Positions 10,130 to 23,509 of a DNA stretch of 64,000 nucleotides are shown here, piece after piece. The notes under the pieces are model-generated. The model did not search any database. It was not told the origin of the DNA and saw only the letters and a program-made list of their open reading frames with translations. The DNA is from the human T2T-CHM13v2.0 reference genome, Homo sapiens, in assembly GCF_009914755.1 (NCBI RefSeq), contig NC_060929.1; one strand, written 5' to 3'. Made by a program: the position numbers and the translations under genes. Each line of letters starts with the position of its first letter. Position 1 is the first letter of the stretch.

Positions 10130-12989
10130 CTGGTTGTGCAATTATAAATTTATTACAGTCCGTGTAAAATGGGTGAATATTTTTAAAATAGTGCACCAGA
10201 ATTTATTCGACAGGTCGCAGTTTGCCATTTTCTGTTTCATCTAGTCCTAAGAGGTAGATTACATTCCTGTTTTCCAGAAGAGGAAACTGAGGGCTAGTGC
10301 CGATAACTTACAGGTCTCAGAGCCAGTAGGTCCCATTCTCATGTTATGACCATAGAGCCCTATCTGCTAAAATGAGTAAATTTTATGGTATGTAAATTAT
10401 ACCTTAAAATACCTCATGACGTTGTAAAGACCATATTGTGAACATCCTTTATGTCAGGAACTATATTTGCCATCATTTCTTAAAATTCATATTGGAACGT
10501 TTTAGACATACATAGAAGTAGAAAGAATGGGTGATGCCACCCGTGAGCTCTTCGGAAGTCACCATCTGTGGCCTGTCACGTGTCATGTCTCTACTCCCTC
10601 AATTACTTTGAGGCAAGTCCCAGTTACTAATATATTCTTTCTCCTGTAAATAGTTTAGTGTAATGTCATTATTTTTAAAATGATTGCTTACTCTTCCATG
10701 CTTGTATCGTACTGGGTTAAACCAGTGGTTGATAGTGGGTCACTTGAGTTGACTCTTCTGTATGGCCTTGGGGGTGCTGCCACAGACACCCTGTTAGCTG
10801 GATCTCTCGAGCAGCGGTTGTTAGTTGAGCTCCGTGGTCTAGAGGAACTCTGTGTTGTTTGAGGTTGTGCAGCACACTTTTTTTCTTTCATTAAATGCTT
10901 TAAAATGTATTCTAAGAAAGAAAAAACATTCAACAAAATTGACAGTATTGGCCCTCAAGGCAGTATTTTTAAATTGTCAGGAGATTTTTTATCAGACTCA
11001 GATCTTCTGGTGAGAGGAATTTAGGAGGGCTTCTGCACAGAGGGACAGAGGCAGTGGCAGAGCATTGCAGCCCCCCAGAATGGGGTCCCCAGGGTGTTGG
11101 CTGCTCCCCCTCTCCCTGTGTGCTGAGCTCCCTGTGTGCGGGCCTAGCATCCAGCTTGCAGCGTGGACCAAGTGGGGTCCTGGTGCCGTGGGAGCCCTGA
11201 TTGCTGGAGGAGCCCAGCTGGGGCCACAACTAGGGCAGCGAGTGCAGGGTATGGCGCCCCAGGTGGGGTCAGGGGGAGTCAGATGGAGGAGCGGTCGGCC
11301 CCTTTGGTTGAGTTTTGAAGGAATACAAGTAGATGGTAGATGAACGGGGAAGTTCTGTGTAGAAGGTTGGAAGTGTGAAATGGCATGAAATTAAACCACT
11401 GGTTACTTTTGAGGACAGCTTCCTTGTTGACAGATGTAGAAACAGAGTCTAGGGAAGCTTTGGCTTGTCTGAGGCCACCAAGGTAATTGTCCAGCGACCC
11501 CAGCCAAGAGTAGGGGTGTCCAGCTTTCCCCAGGCTCCGCACCCTCTGCTGTGATCCCCATGGGGACCTATTTGCAGCCAGCCATTTTGTGGCCTGCGTT
11601 TAGCTTCTTGCTGTCCAGGTGCCCTTTAACTTATGGGAGCATCTGTCAGAGCCCATTTAGAGGTCTCTCTTTTCCAGATCTGTGGAGCAGTTGAGAGGAG
11701 GTTATTTTGCAGCATTTGTTTCTTCTAAATCTCCTTTCAAACCACTTTTGAAAGTGTTTTTTTTGTTGTTGTTGTTGTTGTCGTGGTTTTATGATTGTTT
11801 TGGGGAAAAACCATGAAAGAAAAAGGAAATAAATTTTTATTTCAACATGAATCATAGATATCACCCTTATTTTTCCATCAGTTATTGTAGCGGTATGTTT
11901 TTAAAGTGCAGCTTATTCTATTCAGCCTTATTGTCCAGTAGTTCTACGTACAGTTAAAATTAAAATTTGAATTCAGCAGAAATGAAGTGGATGTCAGAGG
12001 ATGACACATATTCAGAGAGTCCATCCGTCCTTATCTTGTCCTACCCTCCACTCCCTTCCTCCTTTCACCCTTCTCCTCTCTGTCCTCTTTCTCCCTTCCC
12101 TTCTTTCCATCTTCCCCACTCCTGCCCTTGTAAGTTTGCCATGAGCCCCTAGATAACTTAGGTCTATTTCCTTGACATTTTTGGAAATTGCTGAGGTTTA
12201 CTGGAGACCACTTGAAGCCGTGCCAACTGCAAATAATAATCATAATAAAAGTCACATTATTTTTAGACCTTTTGACTTTACCTTCTTCTGACTTTCCAAT
12301 TAGAACAGTAAGTTATAGTTAGATCAACGATTCATATATTTAACAACTGCCAAAATCATTTCCTCAAAAAGAGGAGAATCAGAGAGTTGGGTTTCTAGTA
12401 TCTCAGAAAGAATCATCATCTCAAAGATTTGATGTAAAAAGCTTAGCTGTTAACATATAATAATTTGGGCTGGCAAAATGCCTAATATGAATGAGTAATT
12501 TAGACCTGTTTATAAGCAAACCTGGCATAAAGCTCATATTTTTAAATGGCTTGCTAACTTTAAATGGACTGACATAAGCAGTCATTACTATAAATTTGCC
12601 CCTGCTGTGAATTAACCTATAATAAAACATACAATAATTTAAAATATGAAACAATAAAATATTTTGCCATGTGTGCTTGAAGGTATATATTAAAACAAGA
12701 ATCTACCAGTTGAAGTGTATATATAGAGCTTTCCTGAGCACACTCAGTTGTTTTTTTTTTTTTTTTTTTTGTAAATTTAAGATCTGTTCTTTAGAAATTA
12801 ATAAGAACAGTCTTTTTGTCACATATGTTTTCTCTTGGCTAGATCTGCATACAGAGAGCAACAGTTTGTTCTTAAGAAACAGAATGTGGCAATCTTTTTA
12901 GTATTCTGATCAAATAGTACTATGAAGAGAAAATTATCAATGAAATAAAAAGTATAAAGAGAAATATAGTAGATTAAAGTAAATTAGTG

Positions 12990-13330
<341 letters not shown>

Positions 13331-16300
13331 TTAATGGTTAAAATGTGTTATTTATAGTTTGTAGAGTACTCAGGAAGGATAGAATTATAAACAGGTGGCA
13401 TGGACAGCTTCCATCCCTATAAGGACCAACAGGCGGGTTTCTGAGGACCAGAAAAATTTCCAGCTCGCCCAAGTATGTTGATTTGGTGCCTGGGCTGGTG
13501 GCTCCCTCTGATGTCACACCCCAGTGCAGCTCCCCAGGGCTCCTCTGGAACCTTCGGGGAACTCCAGCCAACTTCTGTGAACCTTGTTTCCACCCCAACT
13601 CTCCCTCCAGACTCACATACCTGCTCAAACGTGCAGATGCTGCTTTCATTGAACCTCAGATGTCTCAGGCATGTAGGGTGTTTTAAATTTCAGACACCTA
13701 AAATAAAGTGTCTGAAGTTTAAATGTTAACCTGTGCCAGTAAAAATAGCAGAAGTGCCTGAGGAAGGCCTGTGGTGGGTGGGTAAGAATTGTTGGCATTA
13801 TTGAAGAAAAAGGAAAGAGCTATGTCCCCCCAATCCCCAAAATGGAGAACAAAGCAAATTACCCTATCCTGACCAGTGTACATCAGGTCTACTGATTGAT
13901 TATAGCCAGGAAGTTAGGGTTTGGCACTTTATTGCTTAATTTTTTAATTTACACATTGAATTTGCTTTGCATCAACTTTTGAGAAAGTGGTTCTCATGAC
14001 TTATATTTGTATAGTACTCATACTTGTTCATTTATTTTCTAGCAATCAGGAGACCAAATAGGGTAGCCTGTACTTTCTTCATGTTTGCCTGATGAAAACA
14101 CTGTACGGTTAGTTAAGACTCATGGCCGGATCTGATTTGTAATTTCTTGTTTCTGACCAAGAAGAGTTCAGTTGCTGTTGAACAACACGGACAAAGTACA
14201 CTAGGGGAATTCAGAGCAGGTGTGAGGTTCTTCCTGCTCCTAGAGGTTTGTGTGCTCTTTACAAACAACCTTGCAAACACTGAGGTTGGGAGGGAAACAA
14301 GTCTGCTTTGCACTTAGAGCGCAGAAGGATTTCTTTGGTTGGAATGAAGGAGAAGGAAAGTACAATTTTTTTCCTGCTTCTCCTCCCTCCTCTTTTCTTT
14401 TCACTCTTCTTCCCCTCTTCTCTCTCAAAAGTTATTTCTAAATTATCAGGTTAATATATGTAAACTAATATTGGTATATATAAATGACACTATACTATAT
14501 TAATATATAAATATATAAAATTATTTATAATATATGCACTATATATATATATTAACCTGATAATTAACTCTAGCTGCTAGCAGAGGCGAGCAGGCTACTT
14601 TCACATGCCTGACTCACCAGTTAGATACTAAGCTGATGCACAAGTTAGCTGTGCTTGTTTCTAACCCATTTATGCCAAGGACACCTTTACTATCAACATG
14701 TAATTTAATTAAATATTTTCTGAGTATTTTCAGATATGAGTGGGAAAAGTATTTCTATAAAGGCTAAATTGATTTGGGATGACTTGTTAAAGATGGTATG
14801 TTTAAAATAAGCTGTCACATTAAGCACAGGAGAGAACTGTAAAGTCAGGGAAAATTTTGTAAACATCTATGAGCATTCTGACCTTAGTTTCTTTCAGAGT
14901 GTGTCTGTATTCTAACTCCAGTTTAATAAGGATGAATGCCAGAATTGGAGTATTAGGGTTTATTCAAGTAAGACAATGAAGAGCTTCTGTCCAGGGATTC
15001 ATCCTTCATTCACAAAAAGACCATGGTACTGGCCCAGGGCAGGAGACTGACAGTGAGGGACGGGGCTGTTCAAGTGGCACTCAGCAATGTGCCTGTATTG
15101 AGCGGGAGGATGAAAGAAAACCATATTTAATGTGTGCTTTCTAATGACTCTCTGCTTTAACTGACTTAGTTAAAAATTATCTTACCTGACTACAAGTGAT
15201 CCCCTTGAGAAAGAGAGCTTCATGCAGTCAGGCAAGCCGCAGTCAGGGCTGTCACTGCTTGAGTTTACTGTCATGTGCTCCTGCTGGAAATCAATCAGAT
15301 TCCTTATTCTTTAAATTACACACAGGTGGAAACCTAGAGAAGGGCTGGGTTGACTGGCCATCTTGAAGGCTGAAATTGGTGGCATCAGTTGCTCTCTGCT
15401 ACCCTGACAGATCCATAAGCCGTGGTGTTCATGGTTAGAGACAGAGCCCTTCAGGCCCCAAGGAAGGGTATGCCATGGGTCACCTAGGGAGGGCTGCTGG
15501 AGAATTCCTCTCTTCACAGGCAGAGAACCGAGGCTGTTTGTCCAAGACTCACAGATGTTTGACCACACACTGAAAAACTCAGACTCCAGTATTGAGAACT
15601 CAGTAGGTGTTTCCTTACCACCTGTTTTCTGAAAGGATGCAGGGTCATCTCAGTTTGGAAATACAGGTTAGTCTGACAAACACACAGTTTTTTGCAAAGG
15701 TTAGGGGAAAAAAATCTGTTATTTAAAATCTACCGGATGTTATTAGCATCTACCGTAGCTCACCACAAAGTTTGAAAGAACATAGCAGAATGGGTGCAGA
15801 CCTATTATGATACAAATCAGAAATCAATTTCATTGTTACTTCAGTTTACCTAATTATTTTTTAATGGATGAATGAAACCGAGTGTTATATTTCACTTTGA
15901 TGATACAGGACCTCATTGATTTGTCTGTGACATCAGTCAGTGTACGTGTGTAGACAAGTGTGTGTTCTATTTATTTCTGACAAAGGTGAAATAAACACCT
16001 TAGGTAATGAAACATCCTACCTTAAGTCATTTGAACTCATTGATTTCAAATCAGTAGTTATGATGTTATTTTTTCCTTTTACAGTTTAAAAAAATTGTGT
16101 TGAATGAAGTGCCTTTAAAAACTTGACTTGGAGGAAGAAAGTAAAATGATGAGAAATTTATTTTGTATGAAAAGTAAATCTTTTCTGTATTTGGTGTTTA
16201 CCATGTGTAATTTAAAAAGGAGGCTAGACTGTCTAGTTCAATAATAAGAATGGAGAAATGAATTTAGACCAAAAAAAGCAGCCTAGATTTCCTCTACTTC

Positions 16301-16746
16301 TGTACTGATAAAGATGATTTGGAGCTTATCTTCTTCACAACTGTTTTAGGTGAAAGAAAAAGAAAACCATAACAAACCTAACTAAAAGCATGCATCGTTT
16401 TTTATATGATGCTAATTAAGAGATGGTTGAATTGTGGCAGTTGCTTCTACTACATTTCTTTCACAAACGTTCTTTTGTAGTGACTTTGTTATTCGTGTCT
16501 GCCAATGCACACTGTTAGTGTTTATTGGTGTATAATGACAAACCTTGATTGTGATCTGGAAACCTATCACAGTTTTATTATGATTTTACATCTTATTAGT
16601 GAATATGCTAGTGATAAAAACTTGATTTTTTTCCTTCAGCTTTCTTTATTCAGACCAACCTTCTTTTATATATGGCCTTGAGAACTTCTGCAAACTTTGG
16701 TTTTTCATCCATAAAATGGCTTTAGACTAAATGATTCCTTAAGTTT

Positions 16747-16871
16747 CTTTAGTTCCAAGATTTGATGATTCCACAAAGTTTGAGATCTTTTAGCGCCAAG
16801 ATCTAATGATTCCACGAAATGTGAGATCTTTTAGCTCCAAGATCCAGTGATTCCATGAAGTGTGAGATCTT
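16747..16871. repeat. 41-bp tandem repeat, 3 copies
   Basis: TAG(T/C)(T/G)CCAAGAT...GATTCCA...TGAGATCTT, starting at 16750, 16791 and 16832. Confidence 0.9.
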
Positions 16872-17064
16872 GCTTGTATGTACAAATCTATTTGCAATTT
16901 CTCCAATGGCGTGGGTTAAGTTCTACTACTCCAAAGTGCCTAAAAATCGAGAAACCATAAAACTAGTTTTTGTTCTTCTAAATAGACAACTGAATTTTGA
17001 CAATAGAAGCTAGTTTTGAGAGTCGGTGACTTATTTATGTTGATTTGGTTATTTTAAAAATTTT

Positions 17065-17285
17065 CTTTAGCGATTAAGAACTCGTGTTCTGGAATCAAAT
17101 TTGAATTCCATCCCCTCCACTTAATCAAGCCGTTTGATCTTAGCCATGCTGCTTGCCTTCTCTGTGCGTTAGTTTCCTTGTCTGTAAATTAGAGGTAATC
17201 ATGGTATCTACTTCTTAGCGTTCTTGTGAGGATTCAGTGAGATAATCCATGCAAAGCTTGGCTCACAGCAAGAGCTTAACAAGGG
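17065..17285 (+). mobile_element. MIR SINE
   Basis: TTAAGAACTCGTGTTCTGGAATCAAA...AGTTTCCTTGTCTGTAAATT...GTGAGGATTCAGTGAGATAATCCATGCAAAGC. Confidence 0.8.
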
Positions 17286-19299
17286 TTGACTCCTCAGATT
17301 GTGATGGGGACTCATCCTTTTCATGATAGTAGCAAGCCTGCACAGACGTCTTTCCTTCCATAAGTTCAAGAGTTCTTTGAGTCTGCCCATAGCACTACCT
17401 TTTTGATCTGGAAATGCTGCAGATTCTGTTTTCTCTTAGGTAGTTTATGAATGGGTTTGGCTGTATTAGAGTTGAATTTGTCTCAGAGCCAGCCATAGAA
17501 TTCACACTTGTCCAACAATTGTTGTTAGTTTTGCCTGCCCATTTATGTATACACCTATTTGAAAAAAGATGTGGTGTTTCAAACAACAAGGTGGTTTTTC
17601 TCTTCTTGTTTGTATTTGCTTCACCTTCTTGGATTGTTGGAGTTGGTGTTGCATGTCCAATCATTCCAAAAGAGCTGAATGGTCATTGAGTTGATTGTGT
17701 CTTAGAAATAACTTGTGGTCTGTTCTCATAATACTGACATCAAGGTGTCGTATTTCAGTGCATACCATAAACATCTGTACAGTGGATTGGAGTCCTACCT
17801 CTTGGTTTTTAAAGACTCTGTGTATCGTATTATTGCCAATGTCATTCCATTTGGCATGTGCCAGGATGGTAGCAGTATTATAAAAGCATGTTTATAGTTT
17901 AACATGATTCAGTGATTCCAGGGAAACTGCCTCCAAGGGTCCTGAACCTGGTCGGTACAGTTGTTTTTACTGTTTTCCATGACTGGCCTATTTGCCTTGG
18001 TGCATCAAATCCTTGTAATAGCTTCATATGGTAGATAGCCAGACCAAGGTCTCATCGTTAGGAAGGGGAGCTGACATTGGAATCTAGCAGCCTGGCCAGA
18101 GCCAGGCTCTTAACTGCTATGCCACCTCTTAGAAATCTCCTACAGGACAAGGAGGCGTGCTGGGAACAGCCCAGCTTAAGACGGCAGGGCCAAGTGGTCT
18201 GGTATGTGAGCAGAGGCCCAGATCATGCATTCCTCCTCCAGCACGATGCCCCATGCGTCACCGAGTTCTCTGATCACCGGTCTTTTACATACTTCATTCC
18301 TCCCATTGTTTACTAAAGGATGTTTGTTACTAAGCATACCTGGAGCCAGGAATGAACAAAACAACAGAACCTACAGTGTCCTGAGAGCCACTGTACAGAA
18401 TGTGGTCATTATACGCAGGCCATTCAGGTTGACTCTCTGAGGTGTCCTAACTCTGTCCTGTTAAACCATTACCAGGAGAGTTCACAGAAAGGAAATGCTA
18501 TCCCTACACCTGCAGCTTCTTTCTGGGCCCCTTTCTTGCCCTCAGTCCTGGCACTAGTCCCCAGGAGAGTGAGAGTTGTTGCATTGAAATGACCATAAAG
18601 CTTTTCTTCTCCCTCGTGCTGTCCCCCACGAACCCAGGTATGAAGTATACAGAAGGTGGGGAATTAGGATTCTGGGGCTTTCCCATGCCAGCCACGACAG
18701 CTGCAGCCTGCTCAGTCACAGGCACACTCAGTTATTAAAATTAGATTTCTGATTTATAGGAAGATTGTCTTGATCAATGATGACAAGGGCATACCTGACT
18801 AAATTAATGAGAAAATGGCTAGGGTAAGTCCTGGGCAGCTATGTGAATGTGAGTATCATTCTAGAAGTGTGTGTGGCACTTGCTGCAGCCCTGTGTGGCT
18901 GTCCTGGCACTTTGTTCCCGGTGTCAGGGCCTCTGGTGTGTGATTGTCGCAGCACGTGTGGGGCAGTGTGTGTGGGCATTCCCAGCCTGACACATGGCTT
19001 GCATAAAGATTGCATAAGGTTATAGGAAAGTGTCTCTGTCTTTTACACCGTATTGCCAGTACTAATCAGTCCAAAGTTTGAGAAAATAGTAAAAGAATAA
19101 CATACATGGTTGAAATCAAGCATTTAAAAACATTCAGTAACTTTTTGAAAGAAGACTCTGCTTTTCTGATTAAATAAATAAAAGTCTTATTAATGATTTT
19201 TAGTATAACTATAGTTCATGTGTGTGTTGGGGGGAGAGTCTCGTTTACCTTCCCAAAACAGGTTGGATTTTAAAATGCAACTTTTGCAAAGTAAGTAAG

Positions 19300-19480
19300 T
19301 TTCAGCACAAGGGCATGTTTTCATCTCTGCACTTTGTCATCTGTGTCAGTAAGCAGTTAAGTGGCACAGACCTGCCTGGACCCCCTTTGGCAGGTTGTTA
19401 GGATGAATTAGTGAAGTCGTCGGTTTAAAGAGCTTAGGGTGGTGCCTGGACAGAGTGAGTGTCTAATGATTGCTAAGGTA
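19300..19480 (+). mobile_element. MIR SINE (degenerate)
   Basis: GGTTGTTAGGATGAATTAGTGA...AAAGAGCTTAGGGTGGTGCCTGGACAGAGTGAGTG. Confidence 0.55.
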
Positions 19481-20805
19481 ATTTTCTTAGTTTTACTATG
19501 GAATCATAATAACCCACATAGAAGACTGATATTAAGAGCACAGAAGAAATAGTCCCAATGTTTATGTCATTTAATTTGAAAAATTTCTTAACTTTTCCAA
19601 CAATTAGCATCTAAGGACCTGAGCTGAGTCTCTAAGAGTCAACTCTGCTGTGAAATTGATGTTGAAATACAAACAAAACAAAAAAACCTCAAAACCCAAC
19701 AACATAATAAGAGTAGTTTGTAACTGAAAAGAAAGTCTCAGGCAAGTCTTAAGGAGCAGGTGGGCCCTGGGCGAGGCTGCGCAGTGGGGCTGGAGCAGGG
19801 GCCCCTCCCCACAGAGCTGTGGCTTCTGTGGTTCCTGTGCACCTCACAAGAAGCCCAGTGGGGCAGGTGAGGGTCGCACAGCCTGTGCAGCCAGGGCTAT
19901 ACCCGGCTGCTGTGGGGGTTCCACGGCCACTGCCCTCCTGCATTAGATGGGGCACCAATTCCTGGTTGAAACATGGCAGATGACAATTTCCAAAGGCTGT
20001 GAACTTTCCAATAGCAGTAAACTCCTCTGAAGAGGACTGGGATGTGGAAGTGGGATCCCTGTGCCGCTGGCAGTGCCGGCAGCAACCCTTCTCCGGCTCT
20101 TACTGAGCTAGGGAAGCTGTTGCTCTGCGCCTTCTTGTTTAGTTTACAAGATTTAGGACAAGTGCCTCGGTTTCTGATGCTGTCAGAGACTTGGTCAAGG
20201 TGAAATCTGGTAGCTCAGTTTATAGAACTATGACGAGGCTAGTGTGGTGGTGTGACATTGGTGAATGTTTGTGAGATGGAAAAGTACTACTAGACTTTAG
20301 CAGAGCCAGTGGCATAAGAAACTTAAGTTTAGGGCCAAGTGCTTTGTGTGTGTATGTGAAGTGGAGAGGGAGGAGGATGATTTGCTTTCTTTTTCTATAA
20401 TTTTTTTTTTGTTTACTCTGCAAAAGCCTGACCAGATCATTGTTTTCCTTACCCCCCGCCCACAGTGGAGTAGGAGAACTCCATTTAGATCCTTGCCCTG
20501 TACTTCTGCCTCTGCAAACCTTGCTTTCCTTGTTGAAAATACTCAGAGAGTCTTTGTGTCCTATTTCAGTGCTGAAAAAAGATCTGCTGCTTTCTAAAGT
20601 GTGCCTGTCTTACCAACCCGTGTGGGAATGCTGCCCGCGTGTTTGGATGGCTCTATCAAAGCCTTAGGCTGTTTCTGGCCGGAGTCATAGGGGACCCTTC
20701 AGGTTTGTGGATTCCCAGTTTTAGTACAGTGTCTTTACCACCAATCCCGTATTAATAGGACAGTACTGTGGGTGGCAACCTGGGCCGGGTCTTCTGCTGT
20801 GATGA

Positions 20806-20905
20806 GGAATCACCTGCATTAGTGTCACCTGGAATACCTGTGAAAACGCAGAATCCTCAGCACCAGCTGAGGCATCAGAATCTTTGGGATAGGGTTCAGG
20901 GTTCA
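20806..20905 (+). mobile_element. MER5A-like hAT MITE fragment
   Basis: TCACCTGGAATACCTGTGAAAACGCAGAATCCTC...ATCAGAATCTTTGGGATAGGG. Confidence 0.6.
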
Positions 20906-21129
20906 CTTTTACTCCAGGATCTTTACCTGAGGACTAACATTAAAGAACCATTTCTGGAGGAGGTAAAATAGATCAGTATTTTTCAAGCAGCATGTGGCGT
21001 CCAGCAGTTTTTTTTTTTTAAACTAAAAGATGCCCTAAAATAGTACAGAAATATCAGAGTTCATTGCACATATCAAGAGTGATTTTGTGAGTCTCTAAAG
21101 TCAGTATATATAACACAAGTGTTCATGTA

Positions 21130-23509
21130 CAGGCATTTTTTTTTTTTTTTTGCACTTTGTTCTATTGTACAGATACTGCGGGGTTTTTTTTTCTTCTTCC
21201 TCTTCTTCTTCTTTTTTTTTTTTTTTAAAAACAAATTGAAGGTTTCTGGCAACCCTGTGTTGAGTAAGTGTATCCATGACATTTTTCCAACAGCATGTCC
21301 TTGCTTTGTATCTCTGTATCAAATTTTGGTAATTCTCACAGTATTTCAAACATTTTCATTGTTACATGTTATGGTGATCTCTGGTCAGTGATCTTTGATG
21401 TTTTTAGCGTAATTGTTTTGCAGCAGTATGGACCACACCTGTATATGGTGGCAAACTTAATCAGTAAGTGTGTGTGTTCTGACTGCTCCATTGACCAGCT
21501 GTTACCCCGCCTCTCTCCCTCTCCTCGGGCCTCCTATTTTTGAGACACAACGATATTGAAATTAGGCCAGTTAATAAATCCAACTATGGCCTCTAAGTGT
21601 TCAAGTGAAAGTAACGTTTGCACATCTCTCATGTTAAATCAAAAGCTAGAAATGATTAAACCTAGTGAAGAAGGCATGTTGAAAGCTGAGACAGGCCAAA
21701 AGCTAGGCCTCTTGTGCCAAACAGCCAAGTTGTGAATGTGAAGGAAATTAAAAGTGCTACTCCAGTGAACACACAAATGATAAGAAATCAAAACAGCCTA
21801 TTGCTGACATGCAGAAAGTTTTAGTGGTCTGGATAGAAGATCTAGCCAGCCACAGCATTCCCTTTAGACAAAGCCTAATCCAGAACAAGGCCTCAGCAAA
21901 TTCTGATAGAGGTGAGGAAGCTGCAGAAGAAAAGTTGGAAGCTAGCAGAGGTTAAATCCTGAGATTGAAGGAAGGAAGCCATCTCCATAACAAAAGTGCA
22001 GGATGAAGCAGCAACTGCTGATGTGGAAGCTGCAGCAAGTTCTCCAGAAGACCTTCCTAAGATCAGATTTTCAGTGTAGGCAAAACAGCCTTCTATTGGA
22101 AGAAGATGCCATCTAGGACTTTCACAGCTAGAGAGGAGAAATCAACATCTGGTTTTAAAACTTCAGAGGACAGGCGACTTTCTTGTTGGGGGCTAATGCA
22201 GCTGGGGACTTTGTTGAAGCCAATGCTCATTGACCATTCTGAAATTGCTAGATACCTTAAGAATTATGCTGAATCTACTCTGCCTATGTTCTGTACATGG
22301 AACAACAAAGCCTGGATGATAGCCCATCTGTTGACAGCATGGTTTACTGTTTTAAGCCCTCTCTTGAGACCTATTGCTCAGGAAAAAAGATTTTTTTTTC
22401 CCAAAATACTGATGCTCATTGACAATACACCTAGTCACCCAAGAGCTCTTGTGTAGATGTATAAGAAGATTAATGTTGGTTTCATGCCGGCTAACACAAC
22501 ATCCGTACTGCAGCCCATGGATCAAAAACTAATTTTGACTTCCAAGTCTTATCATTTACAAAATACATTTTGTAAGGCTGTAGCTGCCATAGATAGTGAT
22601 TCCTCTGGTAGATCTGGACACAGTACACTGGAAACCTTCTGGAAAGGTCACCATTCTAGATGTCATGAGGAACATTTGTGATTCATGGGAGGAGGTCAAA
22701 ATAGCATAAACAGGAGTTCTGAAGAAGTTGATTCCAGTCTCGTGGATGACTTCGAAGGGTTCAGCACTTCAGTGGAAGAAGTAACTACAAATATGGTGGA
22801 AACGGCAAGAGAACTAGAGCTACAAGTGGAGCCTGAAGATGGGACTGAATTACTGCAGTCTCGTGATTAAACTCCTCAGGGATGAAGCGTTGCTTCTCAT
22901 GAATGAGCAAAGAAAGTGGTTTTTTGAGATGGAATCTACACTTGGTGAAGATGCTGTGAACTTGGTTGAAGTGACAACAAAGGATTTCCAATGTGCCACA
23001 AACTTAGTTGATAAAGCAGCAGCAGGGGTTGAGAAGCTTGACTCTAATTTCGAAAGAAGTTCTGCTGTGGATAAAATGCTGTCAAACAGCATCACATGCT
23101 ACAGAGAAGTTTTTCATCACAGGAAGAGTCGATAGATGCAGCTGCATCACTGTCTTATTTTAAGAAATTGCCGCAGCCACCCCAGCCTTCAAGCAGCCAC
23201 CACCCTGAGCAGTCAGCAGCCATCCACATCGTGGCAAGACCCTCCACCAGCAAAAAGATTACGACTCTCTGAAGGCTCAGATGATGTTAGCACTTTTTCT
23301 TTTCTTTTTTTTTTTTTTTAGCAATAAAGTATTTTTAAATTAAGGTGTGTTCATTTTTAAAGACAAATACTACCACACATTTAATAAACTACAATATAGG
23401 ATAAATGTACCATGTAACGTATAGTGTAAACATAATTTTTATATGCACTAGGAAACCAAGAAAGTTGTGTGACTCGCTTTATTGCAGTTGTCTGGAACCA
23501 AACCCACAA
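21130..23509 (+). mobile_element. Tigger1 DNA transposon, near full length, decayed
   Basis: TA|CAGGCA left end; ACAAATTGAAGGTTTCTGGCAACCCTG; right end GACTCGCTTTATTGCAG...TGGAACCAAACCCACAA. Transposase-like peptides in ORFs at 22106-23135. Confidence 0.93.
21600..23135 (+). pseudogene. Disrupted Tigger1 (pogo-like, CENP-B/DDE_1) transposase
   Basis: Fragments [46 protein letters not shown] and [19 protein letters not shown], split by stops and frameshifts. Confidence 0.85.

Larger units (their letters stand above)
8110..10185 (+). mobile_element. Old L1M (L1MB/MC/ME-like) 3' region interrupted by an Alu and an LTR
   Basis: Degenerate late-ORF2/3' UTR motifs (AAATGGATCACAAATCTAAAT, CACAATGAAATACCACTAC, TTTGGAAAACAGTTTG, GCTAAGTGAAAGAAGCCAGACACAAAA) continue across both insertions. 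Confidence 0.8.

Noticed and set aside
18601-18829. Second AG|GT junction (CCCAG|GTATGA at 18638) and a possible 64-nt exon 18760-18823 (AGG|GTAAGT donor)
   Set aside because: Both acceptors have weak or interrupted pyrimidine tracts next to the AG, within what chance gives in 64 kb.
20795-20874. Box C/D snoRNA-like layout (TGCT-GTGATGA...CTGA-GGCA, 80 nt)
   Set aside because: The interior is MER5A-like transposon sequence and I see no rRNA/snRNA guide or C'/D' boxes. A snoscan or Rfam search would settle it.
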